Source of the DNA: a virus
DNA: 64,000 nt
Virus record (IMG/VR): IMGVR_UViG_3300047472_000191
Location: 60,940 to 124,939 of that record
Reading direction: 5' to 3' (one strand)
Shown here: positions 1-9,765 of the stretch, one piece after another
Layout of the letters: each line of letters begins with the position of its first letter
How positions within the stretch are numbered: the stretch's first letter is position 1
The notes under the pieces: generated by a model
Databases searched by the model: none
Told to the model about the DNA's origin: nothing
What the model saw: only the letters and a program-made list of their open reading frames with translations
Program-made: the position numbers and the translations under genes

Positions 1-3000
1 GCCACGGCGAAGCTGAACCAGGCTGCGTTCGACGCCACCGACAAGGCCAAGGCGGCGTCCCTGGATGCCCAGGTCTCCGGCGCGCTCGCGGACCACTGGG
101 CGGCTCACGACGCGCATCAGGCTGCTGCGGAAGCCGGTCAGGCGGCGGGCCACGGGGCGGACATCCAGCAGTTCCACGCGAAGCAGAAGGAAGCCCACCT
201 GGACAAGATCGCCAAGATCCAGGAAGAGCAGGACGCCGCCAAGAAGGCCGCTGCCGAGGCCAAGAAGGCTGCACAGCTCAAGGCGATCGACATGTCGGAC
301 GCCGCCAAAGCGGCCAGCCTCGACGCCGAGAACACGCCCCACGGCAAGACCCTGGTCGGCAAGCACCTGGACGCTGCCGCCGCGCACCTGGACGCCGCCG
401 ACGCGGCAAAGGACGCCAGTGGCGGGGCAAAGCTGGTCGAGCACCACACGGCCATGGCGAAAGAGCACACCGCAACGGCCAAGAAGGTCAGTGCGGACGT
501 CTCGAAGGCCGACCAGACGGCCGGGGACCACTTCAACAAGGGCGACGACGCCGAAACCACCGGGGACCACAGCGCTGCGGTCCAGCACTACAAGAAGGCC
601 GCCGAGGAAGCCGATAAGGCTGGGAACATCACGCTCAAGGCCAACGCCCTGCACTCCGTCGCCAACATCACGGGGACGAAAGAGGACCACAAGGCGGCCG
701 GTAAGGCTGCACTGAAGGTCCAGATCGCGGAGAACAAGAAGGCCAAGCCCAGCGAGTTCATCCAGAACAAGTACGAAAACATGGCGGAGGAGCACCTCGC
801 TGCCATCGACGCGGGCAGCACCGCTCCGAAGGCCTCCGAGGCGCCCGCGCAGGCGGAGGGCAAGGTTCTCAAGCCGGTAGGCAAGTTGACCGGTACTGGC
901 AAACAGCTCGGTTCCCACGCCAATGAGGTACTGGTCGACGAGGCCGGGAACCAGTGGCTGAAGAAGGCCGACGCCAAGGGGTATTCCCGGGTACTGGACC
1001 CGGCGCTCGCCTCCCTTCAGCGCAAGGTCGGCATCGAGACGCCTGTCTTCGTGAAGACGAAGGAGGGGCACCTCCAGGGCATGATCCCTGGTGCGGCGGA
1101 CGCCTTCCCCGGTGGCAAATTCGACCCGGAGAAGCTGTCCCCTGAGGACGTCACCAAGATGCTCCAGCACCAGGTGCTGGATTTCGCGACGGGCAACCAG
1201 GACACCCACTCAGGGCAGTGGCTGCGTAACCCGGACGGGTCTCTCACGCAGATCGACCAGGCCCAGGCGTTCAAGTTCGGTGTCGGCAAGGGGTCGGGCG
1301 GCTACGGCAAGGGTGACCCGACGACTACGTACCCGCCGAACCACCCGGATACCGAGGTGTATCCGAAGCTGTGGGCTGCCGCCCAGGCAGGCAAGATCGA
1401 AATCCCGGACCCCAGCGGGGACAACGAGTTCGCTAAGACGATCCAGGCGATTCAGGACATGCCGGACGAACAGTTCAAGGCACTGTTCAAGCCGTACGCC
1501 ACACAGGTAGTCGCCAACGGCGGCAACCCGGGCGGGCACGCCACGGTGGACGAGTTCCTGAACGCCATCACCGAGCACAAGAACAGCATCGGCAGCGACT
1601 TCCAGAAGCTGTACAACAAGCTCCCGGAGTCCTCGAAGATCAGTACTGCGGCGCCGGAGGCCCCCGAACCGCACGTACCTACAGGTGCAACGGCAGACAC
1701 GAAGAAGAACGCGCTGGAAGCCATCCAGACGTACGCGGTGTCCGGGAACGGCCAGCCGCTGACCCCGTGGATGACGCAGATGGCCAAGGAAGCCGGGCTG
1801 ACCGACGCCGAAATCCACCAGGCGTTCAAGGACGGCCCGAAGGATATAGCGCTCCAGGAGGTCGCGAAGCAGGCCGCCAACGGCACCTTGCTGAACAGCG
1901 GCGCGATCACCAAGGCCAAGGACGCCGGTGCGAGCCTCAAGGAAATCCACGAGGTCATACAGGCCGCCAAGAATCCTGCCCCGGCCTCCGGCAACAGCGG
2001 ACTGTCCAAGAAGGAGCAGGCCCTCAAGGCGCTCGCGGAGCACGAGCAGAGCGATGGAGACATCGCCAAGGGCGGCCAGCTGGAGAAGGCTGCTGTGGCG
2101 GCGGGGGCGTCTCAGCAGGAACTGGTGCAGGCGGCGCACCACCCCGAGACGTACCTGAAGTCCCTTGAGGGCAAAACGGGTTCCGCTGCTCCGGCGACGG
2201 CCCCGGAGCCGTCGGGTCTGTCCGCGAAGCAGGAGGCCTTGAAAAAGGTTGCCGAATTTTCGAGCAACCCGCCCGAGGACTGGACCGTGATGAAGTTCCA
2301 GGAAGTCCAGAAGGCAGCGAAAGCGGCAGGGGCTTCCCCCGCCGAGGTGCAGGAAGCTAAGTACACCCCGGAGAAGTTCCTCAAGAGTCTTCCGGCCGCC
2401 GCGCCGTCCGTCGCCGCTCCGTCGGCCCCTGCGGCAGTCGCCCCTGCGGCTCCCAGCGCCCCGGCAGGCCCGAAGGTCGACCCGTTCAAGCCGCAGGCCA
2501 AATGGACCAAGGGCGTTGCGGGACTCAAGATGCCGTCCGGCGAAACGCAGGAAACCGACGTCGTCGCCGGTCCGAAGGGGCTCGTCGTCCACAAGACGAC
2601 CAATGGCCCCGGCTGGACCGTGTCCTCTTCCGACGGCCTCTCCCTGGGCAACAAGTTCAAGACCCAGAAGGAAGCCAAGCTCGCCGCCGAGTGGATGGCG
2701 AAGAACCACGGCGCCACCGGGGCGATCACGCTCGACAACCACAAGGCGTGGGGGGCGTCTCACCCGGAGGAGCTGACCAAGTTCAAGCAGGGGGTCGTCA
2801 ACAGCCAGTGGAACAAGGACGCCCAGGCGACGCTGGACGCGCACAACGGCATGGCCCCTGCTGGAACTGCTGCTCCGGCCGCGATGACCGCTAAGGAGGA
2901 CGCGCTCAAGAAGCTGGCAGAACACAACCTGCCGGAAAACGGCGACGACTGGGATTACGACAAGAACGCGGACCTGAAGGACTCCGCATCTGCTGCGGGC

Positions 3001-4443
3001 GCCAGCCCGGCCGAGATCGCCTCTGCGGCAGGAAAGCCGAAGACGTACATCAAGTCCCTGGGGAACGCAGCTGCGGCGACGCCTGCGAGCCCCAGCACTC
3101 CGGGCCATGCCACGCTGCCGTCTACACCTGCGGGTCAGACGGGCTGGAAGAAGACGACGCACCCCGTAACGGGCAATGCCGCCTACGTCCACCCGGAATC
3201 GGGTATCCACATCAGCAAGAAGCCGTACGGCACGATGTGGCAGCTGTCCACCCCGAGCGGGGCCGTGATCGGTGTCCAGTACTCGTTGAAGGATGCCAAG
3301 CACGCGGCGGCGCAGCTCACGAAGCCGTTCACGCCGGGCTACAGCAAGTACCAGGACGAGATCAAGCTGAAGCAGGTCGCTTCCGCGTTCGGCAAGGACT
3401 CGAAGGCGTTCAAGGACGCAGAGACGGCGTTCAAGGACAAGCACGGAAGCGTGCCGGAGGTCCAGCCTGCGTCGGCGCCGAAGCCGTACACGCCGGGGTC
3501 CCCGCAGGCCGCTACGGTCAAGAAGCAGCCGCCGAACCCGGTCACGGATGCGTTCACGATCACCGGCAGCCAGTCAAAGGACGCGCACAACCTCAAGGCG
3601 ATCCTCGCGGCCAACGGACCGACCTCGCCGAAGTTCCTGAACGCCAAGGCGGAATGGGAGAAGAAGTACGGGAAGACCTTCGATCCGTCGTTCAAGTCGC
3701 CGTACGCCGCCACGGTTCATCCGGCGCATGCGGGCTTCACCCCGTCGAACCCGAAGTCTTACACCACACAGGACTCCCAGGACCCGGCGGAGCTGGCGAA
3801 GGTGACCAAAATGCACTGGTCCCAGGACACCCTGGACCAGGGATTCCGGTCGGCTTCGATCACCGCGTCTCTGAACGGGGACTGGAAGCCCAAGCACGAA
3901 GACACCGGCGACGGCAGCGGCCCGATGATCTACTCCGGGGGTTCCTACGACGCCATCAACAACCAGTTGCGCGGTGACGCCCAGTCGGACCTGATGCCGA
4001 TCGGCCCCACGGGCGGCGACTGGGACGACGTCATCGCACACGCGGACAAGCTGTTCGACGAGGTGCCCCCGCTGACGCAGAACGTTGTTCTGTCCCGCAA
4101 GGTCGGCTCGGACGGCGGGGCGTTCCCGAAGTCCCCGCCGCCGATGACGCCGGGCGCCGTGTTCACCGACCACGGCTATGTGTCCACGTCCAAGAGCCGG
4201 GATGTCTGGTCCGGTCCTGTGCAGATGGAGGTCCGGGTTCCCAAGGGCATGAAGGTGCTGGACCTGAACCACACCACGGGCTCGAACCACCCCAGTGAGC
4301 TGGAGGTTCTGCTGCCGCGCGGTGTCCGCTACCGGGTCATCTCGGACGGTCCGGCCCTGCACTATTCAGGCGCGGGGCAGCAGAACCGGCACATTGTGGT
4401 GGAAGTACTGCCGCCGCTCCCGAATGACAGCGCGATAAACTAG
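1..4443 (+). CDS. Giant multidomain (polyvalent-type) protein, 5'-truncated: HipA/PI3K-like kinase domain, helical repeats, C-terminal VIP2-like ADP-ribosyltransferase
   Basis: Frame 1 is open from base 1. Kinase-like motifs WLKK, DFATGNQDTHSGQW and IDQAQAF at ~900-1300. ART motifs YxxINxxLRG, LSR, YVSTS and ELEVLLPRG at 3930-4330. Confidence 0.8.
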   Translation, partial: ATAKLNQAAFDATDKAKAASLDAQVSGALADHWAAHDAHQAAAEAGQAAGHGADIQQFHAKQKEAHLDKIAKIQEEQDAAKKAAAEAKKAAQLKAIDMSDAAKAASLDAENTPHGKTLVGKHLDAAAAHLDAADAAKDASGGAKLVEHHTAMAKEHTATAKKVSADVSKADQTAGDHFNKGDDAETTGDHSAAVQHYKKAAEEADKAGNITLKANALHSVANITGTKEDHKAAGKAALKVQIAENKKAKPSEFIQNKYENMAEEHLAAIDAGSTAPKASEAPAQAEGKVLKPVGKLTGTGKQLGSHANEVLVDEAGNQWLKKADAKGYSRVLDPALASLQRKVGIETPVFVKTKEGHLQGMIPGAADAFPGGKFDPEKLSPEDVTKMLQHQVLDFATGNQDTHSGQWLRNPDGSLTQIDQAQAFKFGVGKGSGGYGKGDPTTTYPPNHPDTEVYPKLWAAAQAGKIEIPDPSGDNEFAKTIQAIQDMPDEQFKALFKPYATQVVANGGNPGGHATVDEFLNAITEHKNSIGSDFQKLYNKLPESSKISTAAPEAPEPHVPTGATADTKKNALEAIQTYAVSGNGQPLTPWMTQMAKEAGLTDAEIHQAFKDGPKDIALQEVAKQAANGTLLNSGAITKAKDAGASLKEIHEVIQAAKNPAPASGNSGLSKKEQALKALAEHEQSDGDIAKGGQLEKAAVAAGASQQELVQAAHHPETYLKSLEGKTGSAAPATAPEPSGLSAKQEALKKVAEFSSNPPEDWTVMKFQEVQKAAKAAGASPAEVQEAKYTPEKFLKSLPAAAPSVAAPSAPAAVAPAAPSAPAGPKVDPFKPQAKWTKGVAGLKMPSGETQETDVVAGPKGLVVHKTTNGPGWTVSSSDGLSLGNKFKTQKEAKLAAEWMAKNHGATGAITLDNHKAWGASHPEELTKFKQGVVNSQWNKDAQATLDAHNGMAPAGTAAPAAMTAKEDALKKLAEHNLPENGDDWDYDKNADLKDSASAAGASPAEIASAAGKPKTYIKSLGNAAAATPASPSTPGHATLPSTPAGQTGWKKTTHPVTGNAAYVHPESGIHISKKPYGTMWQLSTPSGAVIGVQYSLKDAKHAAAQLTKPFTPGYSKYQDEIKLKQVASAFGKDSKAFKDAETAFKDKHGSVPEVQPASAPKPYTPGSPQAATVKKQPPNPVTDAFTITGSQSKDAHNLKAILAANGPTSPKFLNAKAEWEKKYGKTFDPSFKSPYAATVHPAHAGFTPSNPKSYTTQDSQDPAELAKVTKMHWSQDTLDQGFRSASITASLNGDWKPKHEDTGDGSGPMIYSGGSYDAINNQLRGDAQSDLMPIGPTGGDWDDVIAHADKLFDEVPPLTQNVVLSRKVGSDGGAFPKSPPPMTPGAVFTDHGYVSTSKSRDVWSGPVQMEVRVPKGMKVLDLNHTTGSNHPSELEVLLPRGVRYRVISDGPALHYSGAGQQNRHIVVEVLPPLPNDSAIN

Positions 4444-4463
4444 AACGGACGTTGGAGGACACC

Positions 4464-4670
4464 ATGGCGAACGAGCCCTCGAAAGAGCCCACCCCGGACG
4501 GGTGGAAGGCCGGTGACCTTGTGTGGGAGGTTGCCCCGGATGAGGTGACGCCTGTCATGCAGGCGGAGCTGGAGGAGCATCTTGCGAATCAGCGCAAGGA
4601 AGCTCAGCGGGACTCCGTGACCGAGAAGGTGCGGGCGCAGATGGCGAAGCGTCGGCAGGCGGCCAGCTAG
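4464..4670 (+). CDS. Small protein directly after the ART gene (possible partner or immunity protein)
   Basis: GGAGG RBS, ATG at 4464, followed by a terminator hairpin. Confidence 0.7.
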   Translation: MANEPSKEPTPDGWKAGDLVWEVAPDEVTPVMQAELEEHLANQRKEAQRDSVTEKVRAQMAKRRQAAS

Positions 4671-4681
4671 CCCGGATTCCG

Positions 4682-4720
4682 GCCGATACCCCGATTCCTT
4701 TTGGGAGTCGGGGTATCGGC
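4682..4720 (+). terminator. Intrinsic terminator hairpin
   Basis: GCCGATACCCCGATTCC-TTTT-GGGAGTCGGGGTATCGGC. Confidence 0.75.
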
Positions 4721-4731
4721 ATGCCTGGGGG

Positions 4732-4769
4732 TTGCACACCCCTCTAGCATGTGCTAGGGTAGATATATC
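4732..4769 (+). promoter_or_regulatory. HrdB-type promoter carrying the repeated phage motif
   Basis: TTGCAC-N17-TAGGGT within ATGTGCTAGGGTAGATATATC. Confidence 0.75.
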
Positions 4770-4798
4770 GAAGGCAGGAACTACTCAAGGAGAACAGC

Positions 4799-5059
4799 AT
4801 GACTGTCAGCTTCCGGACCTGGGTCCTCAAGGAGGGCCAGAACCGGTTCAACCTGAAGATGCGCCAGCTGGCCGACCAGATCCTCCGGGACGCCTGCTCC
4901 CAGGGCAAGGGCAACAGCTATGAGCACCTCGTAGTGCACATGCTGAACGAGCACAACTGCTCGATGGAAGAGGCGGACCTGCTGTACTGGGCGGGCCTGG
5001 AGTGGGCCTCGGCTACAGGCCACAAGGGGCTCATCGAGCACCCCTACGAGCTGTCATGA
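4799..5059 (+). CDS. Hypothetical protein (YozE-like small helical protein possible)
   Basis: AAGGAG RBS, with its own promoter and terminator. Confidence 0.7.
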   Translation: MTVSFRTWVLKEGQNRFNLKMRQLADQILRDACSQGKGNSYEHLVVHMLNEHNCSMEEADLLYWAGLEWASATGHKGLIEHPYELS

Positions 5060-5067
5060 CGGCCAAA

Positions 5068-5106
5068 ACGTAAGCCCCCTGGTCACATTGACCAGGGGGC
5101 TTACGT
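5068..5106. terminator. Bidirectional terminator between convergent genes
   Basis: ACGTAAGCCCCCTGGTCA-CAT-TGACCAGGGGGCTTACGT, a perfect 18-bp stem. Confidence 0.85.
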
Positions 5107-5112
5107 ATGTGA

Positions 5113-6957
5113 TCAGCTGGCCCGGTTACGCAGGATCTCCACCTTGTCCCCGGTCAGCTGCCAGCCCTTCAACGACTTCCCGGTAGCCTTGTTCTTGATC
5201 ACCTTCTCCTCGAACCCGGCAACCTTGGCCTGCGCCACGAACGCCGAAGCCGAATGCACACGGTCCTCGATCTTGTTCCCCATGAAAGCCCTCCAGGCAT
5301 CAGCCAGAGTGCGCGGGTGAATGAAAATCGCATCACCCTGCATGTCCTCGGTGCGGTAAAACGCCGGGGCCGTCACGAACGACTTGCCCGAAATCTTGAT
5401 CGGCTCAAACGCCGTCATCCCATGCCCGGCCCAGTCCCCGTACTCGTGCAGAGCCCACGGCAGCACGTCCGTGGTCAGGGCGTTGTCCCAGGAGTTCGCG
5501 TACTTCAGATCCTCCTGCACCCACGCCCACACCCGGCCGTAGGTGGCGCCCTTCTTGCCCCACGCCTTCGGATCCCCCAGAAGGTGATCAATGAAGCAGG
5601 CCCCTGCGAGAAGGACCGCGTACTTGTCCCCGAGACGTCCCGGGCACGGCTTCGTCTCATCGATCAGAGCCTCGACGTCGTCCAGCCAGCGCAGGATCTC
5701 CGCCACGACCGTCCCCGCCATCGCAGCCATCCCGTGGGCGCCCGGGTACTTGCGCATCAGAGACGTCACGTCGGTCCACTGCGACAGATGCTCACGGCCC
5801 GGGACCTGCGACTTCCGGTTGGTCGGATCCGTCAGCTCCAGCAGGATGATCCGGTCCATCAGGGCCTTCTGGGACTTCAACCCCAGGTGCTCCCCGGTCA
5901 GCAGAATCGTTCCTGTCATGTGGGAGTGCTGTGACGCCTTGAACCCCGACTCGTGCGACCGCATCATCTTCGTGCCGTCCGACGTGGACAGCCGCAGCAT
6001 CTCAAAAACCACCTTCGGCTCATCCAGGTCGTCTATGTGGACGAACCCCGACCGGGTGGAAGCGATCTTCTGCCGGACATCCGGCACCGTGCCCTGCGAC
6101 GGACCCGACGTGTTGCCCGTGAGGATCTGCCGGAGCATCGACAGTGCACCCGTCGTCTTGCCCGACCCCGACGGGGCCTCCACAGCCATCACCGGGAAAT
6201 GAGACGTGTGCTGGATGATCCCGGACTGGACCAGGGACATCACCATCCACGACGCTACAACCGCCAGAGGCGTTTCGTCATGGAACGTCAGCACCTGGGA
6301 CAGTACGTCCTTGACCTCGGCCAGGCCGTTCTTAGCCATCCCGTAGGCGAACGGGGCATCCCCCGACGTCGACAGCTGAGCAGACGGACGGTACGGGGCC
6401 GACAGATCAAACACCGTCTCCCCGGGCCTCAGGATGCCCTCGTGCGACACGAACACGTTCAAGTCGGGGTGGTACCCCAGCTGGTCCACGATCGTCGCCT
6501 CAGGCGGCTTCTGGGCGTTGATGTAGCGCAGCAGCCGGACACCCTGGGAGACACCGCCGCCAAGCGCACCGTCCGGGCACATCACCGAGACACCCGCCGA
6601 CGTCAGCCACAACGTCAGCTTGCGCGGGTCAGACAGGGTCTTCTCATCCAGGATCCGGCGGAGTTCCTTCCCGTCCGCCTGACGCACGATCACGACATCC
6701 CACGCCCGGCGTTCCGTCGTGTCATCCGCGATGATCCCGAGTGCCTTGATGTCAAAGTTGCCGTACGGCTCTTCATCAAAGATGTACTTGCCCGGCTCCG
6801 TCGGATCCTTCGCACGCGTACGCACGTGGATCACGCCCTCCTGCGAGCAGAGCCAGCCCGTATCAAGATCAGCATCCGTGACAAGGGTGGAAGCAGCAGG
6901 CGTGTCGGTTGCCTGCGGGGTGATAGGGGAGATAGTCTCAGACACAGAGAGATGCAC
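5113..6957 (-). CDS. P-loop NTPase, putative replicative helicase (paralog A)
   Basis: Walker A EAPSGSGKTT, Walker B FVHIDD, arginine-finger-like ALMDR; collinear with 56276-58114. Confidence 0.75.
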   Translation of the reverse strand: MHLSVSETISPITPQATDTPAASTLVTDADLDTGWLCSQEGVIHVRTRAKDPTEPGKYIFDEEPYGNFDIKALGIIADDTTERRAWDVVIVRQADGKELRRILDEKTLSDPRKLTLWLTSAGVSVMCPDGALGGGVSQGVRLLRYINAQKPPEATIVDQLGYHPDLNVFVSHEGILRPGETVFDLSAPYRPSAQLSTSGDAPFAYGMAKNGLAEVKDVLSQVLTFHDETPLAVVASWMVMSLVQSGIIQHTSHFPVMAVEAPSGSGKTTGALSMLRQILTGNTSGPSQGTVPDVRQKIASTRSGFVHIDDLDEPKVVFEMLRLSTSDGTKMMRSHESGFKASQHSHMTGTILLTGEHLGLKSQKALMDRIILLELTDPTNRKSQVPGREHLSQWTDVTSLMRKYPGAHGMAAMAGTVVAEILRWLDDVEALIDETKPCPGRLGDKYAVLLAGACFIDHLLGDPKAWGKKGATYGRVWAWVQEDLKYANSWDNALTTDVLPWALHEYGDWAGHGMTAFEPIKISGKSFVTAPAFYRTEDMQGDAIFIHPRTLADAWRAFMGNKIEDRVHSASAFVAQAKVAGFEEKVIKNKATGKSLKGWQLTGDKVEILRNRAS

Positions 6958-7044
6958 CTCTCGCTAGCACCCCCCGACCTGCGACCGGTCGGGGGGTTCT
7001 TTCATGTTGATGGTGCAGACCCTAACACGTCGATCACGGCTAAC

Positions 7045-7293
7045 GGGTTACCCCCCGACACGTAACCGCCCGGGTAACCTGACCCCGCATTCTTAGCTTG
7101 TCTAACGAGTTCAAGATCATCTTTTACCAAACGAATGGACGTTACTCCAAAGTTACTTCTAGAGTTACCTTTCAAACACCCCCTCTGACCTGCATGGTTA
7201 CCTGGTTACCTCGTTACTTCCGTATGTGCCTATACGCGCATGCGCGCACATCACGCGCGATGTGGCGCCCTCATATTTCTGGAACGGGTAACC
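7045..7293. repeat. GGTTAC/GTAACC iteron-like array, putative origin 1
   Basis: About 10 (G)GTTAC/GTAACC copies (7046, 7062, 7074, 7141, 7152, 7164, 7196, 7204, 7213, 7288), an AT-richer core and a CTCTGACCTGCAT box. Confidence 0.65.
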
Positions 7294-7394
7294 GCGTCTC
7301 GGGGGCCTCGGGGAGCCTGCACGTGGATGGCTTCAAAGCGGCTGCAACGAACGCTGCGGGAGGTCTGCGGGGAAGCCTGCGACCAGAACGTAAG

Positions 7395-7434
7395 ATGGCC
7401 ACCTACACCAGGTGCAACTGGTGTAGGTGGCCAT
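7395..7434. repeat. Perfect 17-bp inverted repeat
   Basis: ATGGCCACCTACACCAG-GTGCAA-CTGGTGTAGGTGGCCAT. Confidence 0.85.
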
Positions 7435-7468
7435 TTGTGCCGCGAGACCATCAAAAAGAGGCTCTGTC

Positions 7469-7945
7469 ATGATACCTGCTGGCATCCAGGTGCTTGAGGA
7501 CGGAACGATCATCGGGAAACGGGGTGTGCCCGTGCGCACGCATCCGGATACCCGGGGTTATCACTACGTTCGCTTGTACATCGAAGGCCGCCGACAGCGA
7601 CGGTTCGTCCACCCTCTCGTGTGTGAAGCCTTCCATGGTCCGAAGCCGTTCCCGGAAGCGCAGGTCAGGCACCTGAATGGCATCAAATCGGACAATCGGG
7701 CTAACAATCTCAAATGGGGGACCTCCGCAGAGAACGCTGCGGACAAAAAGGTGCATGGAACTGCTTGGGACGTTGCCAGGGGAGAACAGCACTGCCGCGC
7801 CAAACTGACTGACCAGCAGGTCTTGAAAATCCGGGAGCGTTACGCCGCAGGCGACATCCTGATGCGAGAACTGGCAGTCATGTACGGGGTGGGTGAAAGC
7901 AGGATCAGCACCATCGTCAACCGAAAAGGTTGGACCCACATCTGA
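7469..7945 (+). CDS. HNH homing endonuclease with C-terminal HTH
   Basis: VHPLVCEAFHG...VRHLNGIKSDNRANNLKWGTSAEN, then RGEQHCRAKLT...HTH. Confidence 0.9.
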   Translation: MIPAGIQVLEDGTIIGKRGVPVRTHPDTRGYHYVRLYIEGRRQRRFVHPLVCEAFHGPKPFPEAQVRHLNGIKSDNRANNLKWGTSAENAADKKVHGTAWDVARGEQHCRAKLTDQQVLKIRERYAAGDILMRELAVMYGVGESRISTIVNRKGWTHI

Positions 7946-8097
7946 AATAGCCCGCATTCCACAGGCCCCCGTTAGCAGCCGTCCAGTGCTGTTACCGGGG
8001 GCCTTCCCTTTTCATTCGACTGCTGCTAGGCAATACTAGGATCATTGGCTAGTATTAGGCGCAGTCACGATTTCATGGACAGAGCGAGGTAAAGAGG

Positions 8098-9726
8098 ATG
8101 GCGGAACGCGAATTGCTGTTATCCCCTCAGGATGACGGTGCCGCTGTCGAGCTGTCTTCTCGGGTGTACCGCAAGCGGATCCTTCCGAAGGCCACGATCC
8201 ACTACCGTGGCCGCAAGATCACTTTCGATGACCAGTACCTGCACGACCTCGCCAACTCCTTCCAGCAGGGCGCCTACGATCAGGTGGCCTTCATGATGGC
8301 CCCGGACAACAACAGCCACACCCTGGACCCGGAGCGGTTCCGTGGTGAGATCAAGGATGTTGAGGTCGGTGACGATGGCCTGTACGGCATCTTCCAGGTC
8401 ACCCCTGAGGCTGCCAAGGTGCTGGAGCAGAACCCGAAGTTAGGTGTTTCTGCGCGCATCCTCGAAAACTACTCGCGCTCGGATGGGAAGCAATTCCCCC
8501 GGGCGCTTCAACATGTCTTGGGGACCCTCGATCCGGTAATCCCCGGACTGGGTAGCTGGGAAGAGGTTGCCCTGTCCAACGGGATCGATCCGGGCAATGT
8601 GATTGACCTGTCTGAACTTTCCTACGAGGAGTTGGAGCCCGTGACCACACGCGCTGAAAACCTACAGCAGGTGGCTGCGGCTACCGACATGACCGTGGAA
8701 GATCTCGAAGCGCTCGACATGACTGACGACGAGCTGGCGATTTTCGCGTCAGCGTTCGTCGACACCGAGCCTGCGGCAGAGGCTGCGGCCGAATCCGCCG
8801 AGGATGACGAGCTGGTCGAAGAGCCCGGCGAGCAGGGCGATCTTTTCGCTGCGGCGGACGAGGCCACCGACGAGGCTCTCCCTTCCGAGGAGGAGATCGA
8901 AGCCGCTGTGGAGGCCCTCTCCGATGAGGAGCTGACCGCCCTGGCGGCCGAACTCGGCATCCCGGCCGACGAGGAGCTGGAAGCCGCCGAAGAGGCGGGC
9001 GAGGAAGAGGCCACGGCCGAGGTGGAGACCGCCGAAGAGGCCGAAGAGGTTGCTGAGCCCACCGATGCCGAACTGGCGGAGCGCCTGGGCACTGGTGAGT
9101 TCGGCAGCGGCATCGACGAACCCGTTGAGGACCCGGACCTGGGTGACCTGACCGACGAGGCCCTGGCCGAGATGACGGAGATGTGGGAGACCGCTCACGC
9201 CGCCGACGACGCCACGGGCGCGGAGGAAGCTGCCGCTGTCGCCGCCGAAGCCGCCGAGACGGCTGAGACTGCTGTGGAGGCCACGGAGGTGGCTGCCGAA
9301 GCGGCTGAGACCGTTGCGGAAACCCCGCAGCTGGTCGGCGCCGGATCGGTTTCCCTGTCCAACGAGGCCGCCCCCGAGGTTGTGGCCCTGTCCAACCAGG
9401 TGAGCACTCTTCAGCAGCAGCTCGCGGAGCAGCAGTTCGACACCCTCAAGCGGGAGTACGTCCGCCAGGGGGTTCCCTCGGCTCTGGTCGACCTGGCCCG
9501 TCCGGTCCTGGTCGCCGGTCGTGCCCTGGAGTTCTCCAACAGCGTGGGCGACACGGTGGATCCGGCGGACATCGTCCGGCAGCTTCTGGACTCCGCCACC
9601 GGCTACATCGATCTGGCCCGCGAACGCGGTCACAGCTACTCGCCGGAAGCCGAGGACAAGGCGGCGATGGCAGCCGAAGAGGACAAGCGTCTCGCCTCCC
9701 TGTGGGGCGAGCAGTACGGCATCTGA
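8098..9726 (+). CDS. Capsid maturation protease fused to acidic scaffolding protein
   Basis: N-terminal Mu gpI-like protease (H..., GVSARI, LQHVLGTLDP), long Glu/Ala-rich region, position before the capsid genes. Confidence 0.7.
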   Translation: MAERELLLSPQDDGAAVELSSRVYRKRILPKATIHYRGRKITFDDQYLHDLANSFQQGAYDQVAFMMAPDNNSHTLDPERFRGEIKDVEVGDDGLYGIFQVTPEAAKVLEQNPKLGVSARILENYSRSDGKQFPRALQHVLGTLDPVIPGLGSWEEVALSNGIDPGNVIDLSELSYEELEPVTTRAENLQQVAAATDMTVEDLEALDMTDDELAIFASAFVDTEPAAEAAAESAEDDELVEEPGEQGDLFAAADEATDEALPSEEEIEAAVEALSDEELTALAAELGIPADEELEAAEEAGEEEATAEVETAEEAEEVAEPTDAELAERLGTGEFGSGIDEPVEDPDLGDLTDEALAEMTEMWETAHAADDATGAEEAAAVAAEAAETAETAVEATEVAAEAAETVAETPQLVGAGSVSLSNEAAPEVVALSNQVSTLQQQLAEQQFDTLKREYVRQGVPSALVDLARPVLVAGRALEFSNSVGDTVDPADIVRQLLDSATGYIDLARERGHSYSPEAEDKAAMAAEEDKRLASLWGEQYGI

Positions 9727-9765
9727 CCGGGGCTCCCGGCAGCAACTCTAGAAGGAGAGAAAACC

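Noticed and set aside
1210-3444. 744-aa minus-strand ORF
   Set aside because: Antisense shadow of a GC3-biased gene, with no motifs
7098-7539. Several short ORFs across array 1
   Set aside because: Atypical codon use; better explained as origin repeats
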